Source of the DNA: an archaeon
GTDB taxonomy: Archaea > Iainarchaeota > Iainarchaeia > Iainarchaeales > CSSED10-239
DNA: 6,652 bases
Assembly (NCBI GenBank): GCA_035390665.1
Contig: DAOOUC010000015.1
Coordinates: 7,443-14,094, forward strand
Reading direction: 5' to 3'
Part shown: positions 6,134 to 6,652 of the stretch, piece after piece
How positions within the stretch are numbered: position 1 is the stretch's first letter
Layout: every line of letters begins with the position of its first letter
Notes under the pieces: model-generated
Databases searched by the model: none
Seen by the model: the letters and a program-made list of their open reading frames with translations, nothing else
What the model was told of the DNA's origin: nothing
Translations under genes and position numbers: made by a program

Positions 6134-6652
6134 ATGGTAAAAGAACATAAAAACACAAGTGTTGATTTAGCAGATGTTAAATGCGAAATAGGTTTAGATA
6201 CTATTGTTTTTGAAAAGAACGGGAAAAAAGTTGAATTCAAATACAATCCAGTATATATTACACTAAATAAAACAGGTAATGCTATTGAACTTGTTCCAAA
6301 GAATACAAAGAAAAGAACAAAAGCAGTTGTAAATAGTACAGAGAAGCACATCATTAATGCAATTAAAGGATTAAATAAAGAGTATGTTTATAAGTTAGCA
6401 ATTGTTTACTCTCACTTCCCAATTACTGTTAAAGTTGAAGGTAACGAAGTTGTTATTTCAAACTTTTTAGGAGAGAAAAAACCAAGAAAGACAAAAGTTT
6501 TAGCTGGTTGTAAAGTTGAAATAAAAGGAAGAGACATAATTGTTAAAGGTCACGATAAATACAAGACAGGACAAACAGCAGGAAATATAGAAAAAGCAAC
6601 AAGAGTTGTTGGAAGAGATTTCAGAATATTTGATGATGGTTGTTATATTGTT
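6134..6652 (+). CDS. rpl6: 50S ribosomal protein uL6 (L6), truncated at the 3' end by the window edge
   Basis: Open frame of 173 codons to the window end, absent from the ORF track because no stop is reached: MVKEHKNTSVDLADVKCEIGLDTIVFEKNGKKVEFKYNPVYITLN...YSHFPITVKVEGNEVVISNFLGEKKPRKTKVLAG...GHDKYKTGQTAGNIEKATRVVGRDFRIFDDGCYIV. The last part matches the archaeal L6 C-terminal motif TaaniEqaTri..rD.RvFqDGiYiv. Confidence 0.96.
   Translation, partial: MVKEHKNTSVDLADVKCEIGLDTIVFEKNGKKVEFKYNPVYITLNKTGNAIELVPKNTKKRTKAVVNSTEKHIINAIKGLNKEYVYKLAIVYSHFPITVKVEGNEVVISNFLGEKKPRKTKVLAGCKVEIKGRDIIVKGHDKYKTGQTAGNIEKATRVVGRDFRIFDDGCYIV

Noticed and set aside
5968-6354. - strand 128 aa ORF
   Set aside because: It is antisense to the uS8 3' end and uL6 5' region, with Phe/Leu/Ser-rich composition and no recognisable domain.
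1-6652. Novel defence, mobile, CRISPR or other undescribed system
   Set aside because: Essentially every base is explained by a conserved ribosomal-protein operon. I saw no direct repeat arrays, transposase-like ORFs, terminal inverted repeats or unexplained coding regions.

Overview
This window is a continuous, single-strand (+) archaeal ribosomal-protein operon (S10-spc-type supercluster). The order is uL2 - uS19 - uL22 - uS3 - uL29 - eIF1/SUI1 - RNase P Rpp29 (Rnp1) - uS17 - uL14 - uL24 - eS4 - uL5 - uS14 - uS8 - uL6 (truncated by the window edge). The archaeal assignment rests on eS4, eIF1 and Rpp29 inside the cluster and on GGTGA-type Shine-Dalgarno sequences before most genes. The AT-rich composition, Lys/Ile-rich proteins and compact overlaps would fit a DPANN-like archaeon, but that lineage call is inference only. 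Two genes are absent from the supplied ORF track and were read directly from the sequence: uS14 (57 aa, 5535-5708) and the 3'-truncated uL6 (6134-6652). I found no mobile element, CRISPR array, tRNA/rRNA or evidence of a novel system. Modest points of interest are a hairpin in the only sizeable intergenic gap (uL2-uS19), an unusually short Rpp29 overlapping both neighbours, a divergent uS3 core segment with a Lys/Glu-rich tail, four cysteines in uS17, and stop/SD/start arrangements suggesting translational coupling.
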